Assembly: GCA_000165345.1 (NCBI GenBank)
Contig: CM000432.1
Coordinates: 672,001-736,000, forward strand
Direction: 5' to 3'
Length of the DNA: 64,000 nt
The stretch's first letter is position 1. Every line of letters starts with the position of its first letter. The notes under the pieces are model-generated. The model saw only the letters and a list, made by a program, of their open reading frames with translations, ran no database searches and was not told the origin of the DNA. Below, in pieces: positions 31,660 to 41,875 of this stretch. Made by a program: the position numbers and the translations under genes.

Positions 31660-33711
31660 ATGTCAAATATTTCAAAATTGAAAAAACTAGAAGAACTTAG
31701 AAGTATTATGAGCCAACATGGGGTTGACGCATATATCATTAGTTCAAGCGACCCTCATATGTCGGAATATACTCCAGATAAATACAAACGAAGAGAATTT
31801 ATGACTGGTTTCTCTGGGTCACAGGGAATTTGTCTTGTTACACAGTCGAGCGCACATTTAATTGTTGATGGTAGATATATTGTCGAAGCAAAGAAGACTG
31901 CTACTCCTGAGTATCAGGTTCATTTGTTAAAAAAGGGCTTTTACGCTGATATTGTAGATATTTTAAAAGAAGAAAGTTTTGATGGCACATTAGGAATTGA
32001 CGTTGAGGTTACTTCTTGGATGTCATTTAAAGCCTTAGCTAATTATATTGAACTTTCAGATCTACATTTAAATACAAACTTCCGAATAAAATTGCTAAAT
32101 TTGAATTTTGTCGATGTTTTACGGCCACAAGAAGAGATTGAACAAGCCAGAAGTGAGATTTTTGTTCATGGAATTGAATACGCTGGTGAATCATCCAAGT
32201 CAAAGGTTAGCAAAGTTTTATTGGAAATGAAAAAACTGAATGCAAAAATATTGTTTCTAAGCAGCCTAACTCAAATTTCATGGCTACTTAATTTAAGAGG
32301 CTCAGATGTACATTGCACACCTGTATTCCTTTCATATCTAATTGTAGAAATTCTTGATGATAAAGTTGGAATAGATAAGAAGGAAACATCATTTAGTCTT
32401 AAAGTTTTTGTTAATGTTGAATCTATTAAGTGTTGCGAAGAAGTATTGAAAAATGAATTTCAGGACAAAATTTCTATAATTCAAATTGAAAATATAATGG
32501 ATGAACTCTTTCATTCATTTAGTAAATTGAATTCACATACAAAAAACGAATTGAATAAAATATGGCTGCCTGAGAATTTTTGCAACTTAGCAGCAATGGA
32601 CACGTTATTTAAAGTATTGAACCCTCGTGAAAATTGCAATAATTCGAGTTATTATAAATATTTAATCGACTACTTAAACTCTTCAAAATTACTAATAACT
32701 TCCGAGTCCCCTATCATCATGCTACGTGCAATAAAGAACAAAATCGAATTAAAGGGAATGCGCGAGTGCCATATTTATGATGGTTTAGCACTTACTAAAT
32801 TCCTATATTATTTGTACAAGGCTGGAAGAGATAAGACTCTTTTTAATGGAAAAGTATCCGAGTGGGATCTTTCTCAGAAGCTGCTTGAATTTAGAAAACA
32901 ACAACCAAAATTTGTCTATCCAAGTTTTGATACAATTTCTTCTATAGGAGAAAATGGGGCGATAATTCATTATCGTCCTGAAAAAGAAAATTCTTCAATT
33001 ATTAAGCCTGATCTTTACCTTTGTGATTCTGGTGGACAGTACCATACTGGCACAACAGATGTAACAAGAACTTTGTTCTTGTTCGGGATTGGAGAAGAAA
33101 GGCCAACAATTGAGCAAATTGAATCGTTTACTCGAGTATTGATAGGTTTTATTCGCTTACATAAGCTAGTATTCCCAATTGGGACAAATGCTACTGCAAT
33201 TGACGTTCTTGCAAGAGCCAGCCTATGGGAGGCTGGTTTAGATTATTTACATGGTACCGGACATGGGGTTGGCTCGTTTTTATCTGTTCATGAAGAGCCC
33301 TGGTCAATTTGTTATAAGGTTGGAAGGGATGGTGCTTCTAAACAAAATCTAGCTGCAGGCGCAGTAGTTTCAATTGAACCTGGATACTATGAAGAAGGAA
33401 AATACGGTATAAGAATTGAAAACTTGGCTGAGATTATTGAAGTAGATATTGATAATGGCTACAGAAAGATGAATAAATTTCTCAAGTTCTCGCCTCTTAC
33501 ATTCGCACCCATTCAAAAAGAGATGATTGACATTTCAATTCTTTCAGATGATGAACTAGATTGGTTAAATTGGTATCATTCAAAAACCCTGGAGAACTTA
33601 GAGCCGTTGGTAGATGATGATCCCGAGTTTTTGAAATGGCTAGTTCAAGCATGTTCACCAATAAATAGATATATTTCAAAAATTGATTTTCCAAAAACAT
33701 TATACCAGTAA
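31660..33711 (+). CDS. Xaa-Pro aminopeptidase (aminopeptidase P, M24B family), cytosolic type
   Basis: HGTGHGVGSFLSVHEEP is the M24 metal-binding signature. The protein has an N-terminal creatinase-like domain and a C-terminal EPGYY..GIRIEN stretch. Confidence 0.85.
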   Translation: MSNISKLKKLEELRSIMSQHGVDAYIISSSDPHMSEYTPDKYKRREFMTGFSGSQGICLVTQSSAHLIVDGRYIVEAKKTATPEYQVHLLKKGFYADIVDILKEESFDGTLGIDVEVTSWMSFKALANYIELSDLHLNTNFRIKLLNLNFVDVLRPQEEIEQARSEIFVHGIEYAGESSKSKVSKVLLEMKKLNAKILFLSSLTQISWLLNLRGSDVHCTPVFLSYLIVEILDDKVGIDKKETSFSLKVFVNVESIKCCEEVLKNEFQDKISIIQIENIMDELFHSFSKLNSHTKNELNKIWLPENFCNLAAMDTLFKVLNPRENCNNSSYYKYLIDYLNSSKLLITSESPIIMLRAIKNKIELKGMRECHIYDGLALTKFLYYLYKAGRDKTLFNGKVSEWDLSQKLLEFRKQQPKFVYPSFDTISSIGENGAIIHYRPEKENSSIIKPDLYLCDSGGQYHTGTTDVTRTLFLFGIGEERPTIEQIESFTRVLIGFIRLHKLVFPIGTNATAIDVLARASLWEAGLDYLHGTGHGVGSFLSVHEEPWSICYKVGRDGASKQNLAAGAVVSIEPGYYEEGKYGIRIENLAEIIEVDIDNGYRKMNKFLKFSPLTFAPIQKEMIDISILSDDELDWLNWYHSKTLENLEPLVDDDPEFLKWLVQACSPINRYISKIDFPKTLYQ

Positions 33712-33724
33712 AGAAATTTATTAT

Positions 33725-35548
33725 TCATTCTCCAACTAGGATTCCTTCGTTTATTAATTTCTCTCTTAATGTTATCAATTCCTTATCAATGCTTACTTCG
33801 TCTCTATTTTGCTGGTCGTTAATATCAATATTAATCTCTTCAAAAGATGCAACTGTAGAATTATATGCACTTGAGCGCCTAGATTCTGATTTTTTATTGC
33901 AAGTTTTAATGCTACTGCATCTTTGTTCAAGCTCATCTATTTCATTAACAACTGAGGTTAGCCACTTTATGCCACTAAGAACTAGTTCTTCTTGTTGGTT
34001 TTCGCTTATTAGGTCGGTTTGCCTTGAGTTCATACGGTTTGTACACTTTATCTTAGCATGATCCTTTGTCCGATTATTAATTCTTTTCATTAAGAAAAGA
34101 TCCTGTTTTAATTTCTGATTTTCCTTTTTTAATTTGTTATTTTCGCTTCTTAACGATATTAATTCGCTTCTGGATGAAATAATACCTATTTCTGAATGTT
34201 CTATTGTTGAACCATTCAAAAGGGGAAAACCCACCTGAATGGACGCATTTTTTTTAATAAAAGACCTTTTAAGTTTTTCATCTTGTTTAGAACCATTATC
34301 GAGGTTAACAACTATTTCTTCTGCAATCTCATACGCAAGTCTTGGAATAATTGATTGACATATTTCGAATGCAAGCAAAGACGCTTCATTATTGTTGAAA
34401 TTCTTATCTTCCATAAAATCTTTTATTGCATCGTTTAATTCTTCTTCTATATTAGGCAAAACAGTTTCATCATTGATCTTTTTATAGTGAGTTTCAATTC
34501 TGCTAATTACAGATTTTGTTAGCTTCAAACCTTCATTTTCCTTCATTACTAAATGCATTTCTTTAAAAAGGGCGTTCTTCGCTTCAGTAAGAGAAAGAAT
34601 TTCACCATCTGCAATTCTAAGTTGTTCAGTTTGAAATATTTCCAATTCGTTAAATTCTTTTGTAATCCTTTCTAATTCATTTTCAAGGAATAGTACCTTT
34701 TCTTTCAAACAATTGGCCCCTTCTAATTCCTTTTCATAATCTCTGACTTTTGACTCGATAGTTCTTACTTTATTCCTTAAAAAGTATAATTCTTCTTTAT
34801 CTTCCTCCATAAATGACCTACTTTTTAGAAAAGGAAGTTGCGCATTAAGGGCCAAAGAGTTAAGCTTATATTTAGATAAAAGTAATTCATTATTTTTTAA
34901 TAACGTATTTAAACGCGAAATTTCTTCTTTATAATTTTCATTTTCGATTAATAGACCATCTAATTCAGCATGAACTTCTTCTTGGTGTTTATTGGATGCT
35001 TCAAGTAAAGATTTGACTTCCAATTGTAATTCTTTATATGAAATTTCATTTTGATCTGTGGGTTTTAAGTTTTTTTGAATATTTTTTTTTTGCTCATTCA
35101 AATTAGTTTTAAATAGAGCAGGTTGATTATATTCAGTTTCAGTTTCCAAAACTGGTTCATTATTTTCATCATTATTTATTAGTTTTTTTTGAGATATAAT
35201 TGATTTATTATATTTGCTAATAAGATTATTAGATTTTTGAATATTGTGAGTAACATGATTTTCATTATTTTTGCCAATTTCTGTTATTAAATATTCTTTA
35301 TCTTTATTAAAATCTTCAATTAATTCTTCTGAATCTGAATAAAGTTGTAAATCACCTTCTTTGTAAATGTGTATATCTTCTTCTTTATCTGTTTCACCAC
35401 CAGAATTTTCTTCAGAGTAGTTGAACTCACCAAATCTTGGAGAACAAAATTCCATACTATTTTCGTCGTAACTCTCATCTAAATTCTCAGAAAATTTTCC
35501 TTCAATATAGGGATCATATTCTTCAATTAACTCGTCTAAATCGCTCAT
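33725..35548 (-). CDS. Coiled-coil protein, function unknown
   Basis: A 607-aa intact ORF with heptad-like E/K/L-rich segments and an acidic N-terminus. I see no recognisable catalytic motif. Confidence 0.5.
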   Translation of the reverse strand: MSDLDELIEEYDPYIEGKFSENLDESYDENSMEFCSPRFGEFNYSEENSGGETDKEEDIHIYKEGDLQLYSDSEELIEDFNKDKEYLITEIGKNNENHVTHNIQKSNNLISKYNKSIISQKKLINNDENNEPVLETETEYNQPALFKTNLNEQKKNIQKNLKPTDQNEISYKELQLEVKSLLEASNKHQEEVHAELDGLLIENENYKEEISRLNTLLKNNELLLSKYKLNSLALNAQLPFLKSRSFMEEDKEELYFLRNKVRTIESKVRDYEKELEGANCLKEKVLFLENELERITKEFNELEIFQTEQLRIADGEILSLTEAKNALFKEMHLVMKENEGLKLTKSVISRIETHYKKINDETVLPNIEEELNDAIKDFMEDKNFNNNEASLLAFEICQSIIPRLAYEIAEEIVVNLDNGSKQDEKLKRSFIKKNASIQVGFPLLNGSTIEHSEIGIISSRSELISLRSENNKLKKENQKLKQDLFLMKRINNRTKDHAKIKCTNRMNSRQTDLISENQQEELVLSGIKWLTSVVNEIDELEQRCSSIKTCNKKSESRRSSAYNSTVASFEEINIDINDQQNRDEVSIDKELITLREKLINEGILVGE

Positions 35549-35872
35549 ATTAATGTTATTAATTAATTTATAAGTATATATTTTTCATTTGGTAAAAATC
35601 TTTTCAACAAAGTCCTAATTGACCTCTTTAAAAGACATGACATCTTATACAAATATTAATTGTTGATCTAAAAACAAATTTTAAAGGAAAAAAATTATAA
35701 ATGGGTTTCTTTATCTATTATAAACTTTATTTACGTTAGGCAATGATAAATACTTCACAATTGTTATAATTCAATAAATTTTTTTTAATGCATTTAATAA
35801 GTTATACATAGTGTGGGGTAAAATAAAAACTTCGCGGAAATGGGCAAAATTTATTGCAATATTAATTAAACA

Positions 35873-37918
35873 ATGAATAAAGGAGCTGCATTATTAGAAT
35901 TATCTAGTGAATGGTTTTTGAATAGCTATAAAGGTTCAAATGGCGACTTAAAATATGCAAAATTGATTTGTAACCGAAATTCTATAACAGATTTAGCTAA
36001 AAATGTTGGGGAGGAACTTCATTATCAACATTTCATTAATACAGTTATTAAATTGGGAAGTAAAATAGTTGAATTTAATAATATTAATTCAATATTTTGC
36101 TATTCTGTTGACTTAGTTTATAGTTTGTTTTCATCATTACAGAATGAAGTATCGATGCATTCGATTAAGGTAGAGGCCATTAAAGATGAGTTTATTATGC
36201 TACAAAATAGCTTAAAGTCAATTAAACTTTTGCACGAAAAGATTCAAAATTTCATTGATAAAACAGTTGTTAGTTATGATTTAATAGATGAAATAAAGAA
36301 TGCCGAGCTCAATAAGGATTATTATATTCCCTTGAAAAGTTTGTTAGACAAATTAAATACTATAAAAAACACGTACATTAGAAAAACAAAAATAGGAAGG
36401 GAACTTTATTTATTATATAGCTCATTGTTTAATATTGTTGTAAATAGAATGAAGTGCAATTTAAATTCGTTATTTTCTAATAAAGAATCTATGTTCATAA
36501 TAATGGAAACAGGATATTCAAATTCGGCCACATTTTCTGAATTAATCAGATTGAGTAAAGTAATAAAGCAATTAACCTTGAATGCAAATGAAATTGATTT
36601 TTTTAGGGAAAGATATATTATGTTTGCATCAAGGCTGTTTTCACAAATTGTTAAAGAAATAGAAGGGCTTTGCCAGAATAAATACGAACAAGGTGTTATA
36701 ATTACTTCCAAGGATTATGACAAATATCACTCAGTACTATTCGAAAGAGAACAAATTTTAAACAACTTTTATTTGTTGATCGGTGAGCCTGTAGAGGAAT
36801 CATTTTTTTCAAAGCCAAAAAAGGTATTTAAAATAGAGGAAATTTTTTTTAAATCACAGAAGATGATATATAAGGCATTCATATCGATCTTCGAATTTAC
36901 TAGGCAACTTTTTGATAGTGCATTAAAGGATATTCTACATCGAATTTTTGGTGATCATTTGATAAGGACTTTAGAATTATTTCAACTTTCAATATTGAAA
37001 ACAAACGATACTATCGGGCTATCAATATTGTACAACATAATGCTCAAATTTAAGCGTCTTACTGAATCAAAGTTGAAAGTCTTTGTAAATGCTATAACAG
37101 ATTCAAGTTCTTTGTTTGAATATTACGGCATGCAAAGTAAAGCAATTTACATTTCATTGGAGTCTTCAATTATTTTACAGATTTATTCATTGTCTTCTCT
37201 CTCAAACCGTGAATTTATCAAATTATGCATTTCAGACAAACGACCGCATCTAAATCCTATTACTCGCAGAGTTTCAGAATTATTAACGGTTTTAACAAAA
37301 CTAATAGATGAACCAGATGGTCACAACGATCAAATAAAGAAACTAATTGACAGAGTTCAATCATCCCTAATCAATTGGTTGCTGTCATCAAATGAATTTT
37401 TGCAAAATGAAAATTACATTGGGCCTGAAGAAGGTTGTATATTTATAATTAACAATGCTGACGCAATAATTTCAGTGTTACGAGGAAAAAACGGAATTTC
37501 TTTAGATAATTTTCAGCATTTATTCCGTGAATACACACAAAAATATATTGAATATCGCTTGAATAATTCATATTCTGGAATAATGCAAGTTGTTGATTCA
37601 AAATTCTGCTTAAGGGAAGTTAATCTAGAATATATTAACAAAATACTCACAAGCTTTAATAACACTTGGAAAAAAAATATTGATATTGAATTGCAAGCTA
37701 CATTAACGTCATTTTCAAACTTTCATACAAGCGAGGAGATATTAAGACTGCTTGGAACTACCGTTGCAATGAGGTATTCCAAGTTCATAAATGTAATAAA
37801 AAATGAGTACGAAATAAGCGGATTATTGGAAAAGAATAAGGTAGATATTGAGGTAATACTGGATTACATTCAGAGTTGTTTATACCCTACTAATACAAGA
37901 ACTGACTTACTTACCTGA
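35873..37918 (+). CDS. Hypothetical protein (681 aa), no domain recognised
   Basis: A long intact ORF with good coding-like composition, flanked by intergenic A/T tracts. Confidence 0.5.
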   Translation: MNKGAALLELSSEWFLNSYKGSNGDLKYAKLICNRNSITDLAKNVGEELHYQHFINTVIKLGSKIVEFNNINSIFCYSVDLVYSLFSSLQNEVSMHSIKVEAIKDEFIMLQNSLKSIKLLHEKIQNFIDKTVVSYDLIDEIKNAELNKDYYIPLKSLLDKLNTIKNTYIRKTKIGRELYLLYSSLFNIVVNRMKCNLNSLFSNKESMFIIMETGYSNSATFSELIRLSKVIKQLTLNANEIDFFRERYIMFASRLFSQIVKEIEGLCQNKYEQGVIITSKDYDKYHSVLFEREQILNNFYLLIGEPVEESFFSKPKKVFKIEEIFFKSQKMIYKAFISIFEFTRQLFDSALKDILHRIFGDHLIRTLELFQLSILKTNDTIGLSILYNIMLKFKRLTESKLKVFVNAITDSSSLFEYYGMQSKAIYISLESSIILQIYSLSSLSNREFIKLCISDKRPHLNPITRRVSELLTVLTKLIDEPDGHNDQIKKLIDRVQSSLINWLLSSNEFLQNENYIGPEEGCIFIINNADAIISVLRGKNGISLDNFQHLFREYTQKYIEYRLNNSYSGIMQVVDSKFCLREVNLEYINKILTSFNNTWKKNIDIELQATLTSFSNFHTSEEILRLLGTTVAMRYSKFINVIKNEYEISGLLEKNKVDIEVILDYIQSCLYPTNTRTDLLT

Positions 37919-37970
37919 ATTTCTTAGATTTTAACAATATTTTTATTTCTTTTGTTGGTTACACGTAGCA

Positions 37971-38044
37971 GCGGGCTTGGTCTAGGTGGTTATGACGCTT
38001 GCCTTACACGCAAGAGATCACGAGTTCGAGTCTCGTAGCCCGTA
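37971..38044 (+). tRNA. tRNA-Val (anticodon UAC)
   Basis: A cloverleaf was folded by hand. The acceptor GCGGGCU/AGCCCGU has a G1-U72 wobble. The D arm is GTC/GAC. The anticodon stem CTTGC/GCAAG closes the loop CTTACAC. The T arm is ACGAG-TTCGAGT-CTCGT. The discriminator is A. A downstream T-tract (GGTTTTTTCTTTTT) follows. Confidence 0.8.
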
Positions 38045-38051
38045 TTTTACG

Positions 38052-38066
38052 GTTTTTTCTTTTTGC
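38052..38066 (+). terminator. Pol III terminator T-tract after tRNA-Val
   Basis: TTTTTTCTTTTT lies immediately 3' of the tRNA. Confidence 0.6.
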
Positions 38067-38398
38067 ACGACTTCTAGTCTTTTCGAGTTCGACCTAAAAA
38101 AGAATCATATTAGTTTATAATAATATAATTTTCACAGGGATGAATAGGTTTTCGATTTAATATTTAGCAATCATTTAATCAAGATATCCTATTTTACGAA
38201 AGCATTCACTACTCTTGTCGGACAAATTTTTGAAATAATATTGATAAAATTCCTTCCAACTTTGGAATTAAAAAATAAATCGAAGCACTCTACTAATACT
38301 TTTAGTAAATATTGCTTTGGTTTTACAAAAGATTCTTCATTGGTTTTTGAGTTTTTGAATAGCGCTTCGCTCTATTGAAAGTTATTTTTTTTTTCAAA

Positions 38399-38824
38399 TT
38401 AAATTGTGCAACTTACAATTTTTTTGCTTTTTGAAATGTATTGTTTTTGCTTTAACAGAGCATTATACCTAACTTTTTTGAACACAACATTGTTGGGCTC
38501 AACTTTCAAAGCTATATCCGCACATTCAACGCATTGTTTATATTCGCTCAATTCGAATAGCGCTATACATTTGTGGTGTAATGCTTTCAAATTATTCGAT
38601 TCATATTCCAGAGCCTTATTTGCATAGTGTATAGCGTTTGGATAGTCTTGGAGCTTCAAGTACGCAATAGATAGATTAGAGTCCAATTGCATTTTCAAGA
38701 CCTTAATTTCCTTGTCTTTGTCTGGCATTTCAGAATAAACATTTTTTGACAAAATATAACAACATGACCTGTATGCTCTAAGCCAATGCTCAATAGCTTT
38801 CTCATATTCTTTATTATTAAACTC
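38399..38824 (-). CDS. TPR-repeat protein, 3' exon (an immunophilin/TTC1-like C-terminal TPR domain)
   Basis: TPR consensus segments are present (EYEKAIEHWLRAY; NAIHYANKALEYESNNLKALHHKCIALFELSEYKQCVECADIALKVEPNN). The frame is open upstream of the first Met back to the acceptor ...tttaag|GAG. Confidence 0.65.
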   Translation of the reverse strand, partial: EFNNKEYEKAIEHWLRAYRSCCYILSKNVYSEMPDKDKEIKVLKMQLDSNLSIAYLKLQDYPNAIHYANKALEYESNNLKALHHKCIALFELSEYKQCVECADIALKVEPNNVVFKKVRYNALLKQKQYISKSKKIVSCTI

Positions 38825-38874
38825 CTTAAATTTTAATCATGAAAAAAAGTCGGGCATATTTCCAAAAACCTACC

Positions 38875-39071
38875 TCATTTCCTTTCTCTTTTGCCGTTGG
38901 AGTCAAATTATCATTGAGTTGAAAGTCAGATGTTTCGTCACAATTTACACTATGCCTAATTTTATCAATTTTTTCATCAATCATATTTGTCCCTGGAATA
39001 TCAATTAACAAAATTTCATAAAATTCTTGGCATGAATTAAAAAAAAAGGCCAGTGCGCGATTAATACTCAC
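38875..39071 (-). CDS. TPR-repeat protein, 5' exon (ends ...AKEKGNE|GTAGGT). It joins the 3' exon across a 49-nt intron at 38825-38873.
   Basis: The phase-0 donor GTAGGT and acceptor TTTAAG give the continuous TPR helix KEKGNE-EFNNKEYEKAIEHW. The true start may be the internal Met at 38984 (MIDEK). A further GTGAGT...CCAG intron candidate lies at about 38994-39071. Confidence 0.5.
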
Positions 39072-39519
39072 AAGACGGCGCTAATGTCAAATTTCTGCAC
39101 AAAAAAAAAAGCATGCACTTTGTTATTAAGGTATTAAAAAAAAAAATCAGCTCATATAGATCTCAGCTTTAAAGCGACTAATAGTGAATAATATAATAAA
39201 TTAATACATTTTTAATTAGTAGAACTTAAGAAATTTTTATTACAAATTCACAAGATTTTTAGAAATTAGCATTTTTATATCCAGAAAAAAAATAAAAATT
39301 GCAGTATAGTCTTAAAGCGTAATGTCGTAATTCCTCATCTATTATTGCAGGTACCCAGATTGATACCTATTTATACATGCTTCAATGATATTGATTAACA
39401 TACTATTTTAAAATTGTATTTACAGTGAATTATTTCAATAAAAAAAAAAAAAAATTATTGGACTGAGGTGTTTGCTTAATTATATTATTGAATTTATGTA
39501 GAGGAAATCTAGATAATTA

Positions 39520-40686
39520 TTGGCAGTGGGATTTACTATATTTGTAAATCAATCAAATATATGCTTCCAATATTTCATATATAAACCACTGAGTGAAGAG
39601 GTTTTTCCAGCGAAATCGATGTGCAATTCTTACTCTGAATGGAATTCGTGCATAAATAACTTTGAAGATCCAGATGGTTTTGAAGATATATACAATCCTG
39701 GAGTAGGCTCAGTTTTTACCACAAATCAATTTCATGAGCTTACTTTACCTGCAAGAGCAACAATTGGAGATGAATATATTTGGGTTTCTCAAGAAGTAGA
39801 AGAAGATAGTGTTCATTCGAACCAAAGATTATTCGAAGGTTTAAATGCTACTCAAGTTTGTAATGAACTGGAATATTCAGAGGCTCCCAACTATTGGAAT
39901 AATAATTTTAGAGAGTATTTAACTAATTTTCAAGCACCTAATCAGAACATATATTCAAATACAAACCAAACTTCATTAAATGCAGATGACACATTTTCTT
40001 TAAGCAATAATTGCGGTAGAGTATCATCTGATAACTCATCAGTCTCTCACACGTCTACCTTGCATGGTGTTTGGGTCGTTCCAAATAGAGATAGCGATAC
40101 TAATTTAGTGACAAATAAAAGTAAATTCGATCATTCATCGGATGATGTTTCATCTTCTATTGAAACGAGCAATTCAGAAATACGCAGGAGGCTTCATTTT
40201 TCACGTCAAAAGTCAGATATAATGATCGATGGAACACGAATTAAAACCGATAACCATAAATATAAAAATAATGATGAGATTTCCATGTTAGTTGCTTCCG
40301 GAGGAGCTCCTTTAGGAAGGCTTGATGAAATTGGGGGAGTAGAGTGGTATCCAGAAAGACAATCTTGGAAAGTCGTTGGACACACTGGAATCTCTTGGTG
40401 CGTTAGAAGGAAAACATGGCGTGTTTGGTTTATTACATCGGGAGGAACAAGAGCGACCAGATCATTTAACCCCAAAGAACATGGAACAGTTGCCGCTGCG
40501 CTTAAAGTAGCAATTGAGTTTCTTGAGCACAAGCGCGCAGAGAAGTCGCCAGCTCAGAAAAATTTAAGAGGTAGAGCACGACGTTCGAATTTATATTCAA
40601 ACAGTTTTGTTGATGGTTTTTCAAAATCGAATAATCTGTCATTAAATGAAAGTACTTATGAACATGCTAGCGATTTAATAAATTAA
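39520..40686 (+). CDS. ApiAP2-family transcription factor (single AP2 DNA-binding domain near the C-terminus, about nt 40300-40525)
   Basis: VEWYPERQSWKVVGHTGISWCVRRKTWRVWFITSGGTRATRSFNPKEHGTVAAALKVAIEFL matches the apicomplexan AP2 three-strand-plus-helix pattern. The N-terminus has N/S-rich low complexity. The start codon is uncertain and may be the downstream Met in MCNSY. Confidence 0.7.
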   Translation: MAVGFTIFVNQSNICFQYFIYKPLSEEVFPAKSMCNSYSEWNSCINNFEDPDGFEDIYNPGVGSVFTTNQFHELTLPARATIGDEYIWVSQEVEEDSVHSNQRLFEGLNATQVCNELEYSEAPNYWNNNFREYLTNFQAPNQNIYSNTNQTSLNADDTFSLSNNCGRVSSDNSSVSHTSTLHGVWVVPNRDSDTNLVTNKSKFDHSSDDVSSSIETSNSEIRRRLHFSRQKSDIMIDGTRIKTDNHKYKNNDEISMLVASGGAPLGRLDEIGGVEWYPERQSWKVVGHTGISWCVRRKTWRVWFITSGGTRATRSFNPKEHGTVAAALKVAIEFLEHKRAEKSPAQKNLRGRARRSNLYSNSFVDGFSKSNNLSLNESTYEHASDLIN

Positions 40687-40689
40687 CAA

Positions 40690-41616
40690 TTATCTCAGAT
40701 TAATATTTTCCGAGTAGCCCTCATGCAATGCTCTGAAAAGAGATGTTCCAAATGAGATCCCTAAATGGTTTATTAAATTTTCCAATGGCGTATTAATTAT
40801 TTCTTTAATTGAGCGAAAGTTAGAGGTAAGAACTTTAATATTTTTGGCATTTATCCCAGGTAGATACCTTAGAAATGCAGTTGCATAATAATTGGATTTG
40901 GTTGAGTCTGAGGATACTTTTCTTTTTTTACCTTTAGATTTTTTTTCCTTTTCAATTGAAATATCATTTGCTTTAAGAATTCCAGTATTCAAAGTACTAG
41001 CATCTTTTAGATTAGGTTGCTCTCTATCTTTCTTGATGCGGAGAATAACTAATGAAGAAAATGACGAATTGCAACTCCAAATAAATTTAATATTAGGAAA
41101 ATGCCTTGTTAGAAGAATTAATTTCAAATAAATGTCGCAAGAATTAAACTTCATTGGCAAAAAATTTTGTTGCATCCCTTGATGATTTAATATTTCTATC
41201 AAGCTATTTAATTCAATTAGTATTACAGGGGTGGAATAATGTTTTGAAATCCATTGCAATTGCGTGAATAGCCTTCCATTACTAAGTGAGTTGACTAAGT
41301 CAGGTAGTGACTTCCGTTCAATACATACATCGCGAGATATTACGTAATCTCCTATTTCTAAACTCATAGGAATTATTTTAACTCCTTTGCAAAAAAGCTG
41401 ATATGGAAGAGATGACCTAAATTCTCGTATATCTACGATTATTTTTTGAATATCATTTTCTTCTTTATACCGATCTTGATAAATTGAGGAGTTGCTAAGC
41501 TTTGCTAATATTTCACCTTCAGTTATGTCACTTAACGGCACAACTAAAGTTTTTTTGTGCCTTTCAAGACCTATCCATGAGAGTTCTTCACTTTTTATTG
41601 CGTTAAGGAGCTTTTC
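40690..41616 (-). CDS. XPF: XPF/ERCC4 (Rad1) structure-specific endonuclease, 3' exon: ERCC4 nuclease domain plus C-terminal HhH region
   Basis: IVDIREFRSSLPYQLFCKGVKIIPMSLEIGDYVISRDVCIERKSLPDLVNSLSNGRLFTQL is the ERCC4 nuclease signature (GDY...ERK). The frame is open upstream to the ctatag| acceptor at 41617-41618. The ORF-track start is a GTG, so it is not a real initiator. Confidence 0.85.
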   Translation of the reverse strand, partial: EKLLNAIKSEELSWIGLERHKKTLVVPLSDITEGEILAKLSNSSIYQDRYKEENDIQKIIVDIREFRSSLPYQLFCKGVKIIPMSLEIGDYVISRDVCIERKSLPDLVNSLSNGRLFTQLQWISKHYSTPVILIELNSLIEILNHQGMQQNFLPMKFNSCDIYLKLILLTRHFPNIKFIWSCNSSFSSLVILRIKKDREQPNLKDASTLNTGILKANDISIEKEKKSKGKKRKVSSDSTKSNYYATAFLRYLPGINAKNIKVLTSNFRSIKEIINTPLENLINHLGISFGTSLFRALHEGYSENINLR

Positions 41617-41699
41617 CTATAGAAATATTATTAATTATAAAATATTTGAATATTGAAACTTACATGCCTAAGAGAATTCTGAATTGTAATCATAATTAC

Positions 41700-41830
41700 C
41701 TGTATATACAATTTTATACTTTTCTCTGAAGTTGCAGTAAATAATTCGATTTCCCTGAGCAATGAAATGTCGGGATCCAACATTATAATTAGATGCGGTG
41801 AATGTAATGAGAGTATATTCCAGAATTTCC
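41700..41830 (-). CDS. XPF: XPF predicted internal mini-exon (131 nt, phase 1 to phase 0)
   Basis: A direct 41875-to-41617 splice gives an in-frame stop. Using acceptor ttaattattag| (41831-41832) and donor CAG|gtaatt (41698-41699) gives an open frame GKFWNILSLHSPHLIIMLDPDISLLREIELFTATSEKSIKLYIQ that restores the phase between exon 1 and the nuclease exon. Confidence 0.45.
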
Positions 41831-41875
41831 CTAATAATTAATTAGATTTTAGAAGAAAAACGATTGTTTTCTTAC

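Noticed and set aside
40206-40532. Minus-strand 108-codon ORF
   Set aside because: It overlaps the AP2 DNA-binding domain on the opposite strand, and the AP2 frame has the clear homology.
40690-41541. Treating the ORF-track start (translated as M) of the XPF nuclease ORF and of the RhoGAP ORF (45674) as true initiators
   Set aside because: The underlying codons are GTG (plus-strand cac), not ATG. The frames stay open upstream to splice acceptors, so these are internal exons, not starts.
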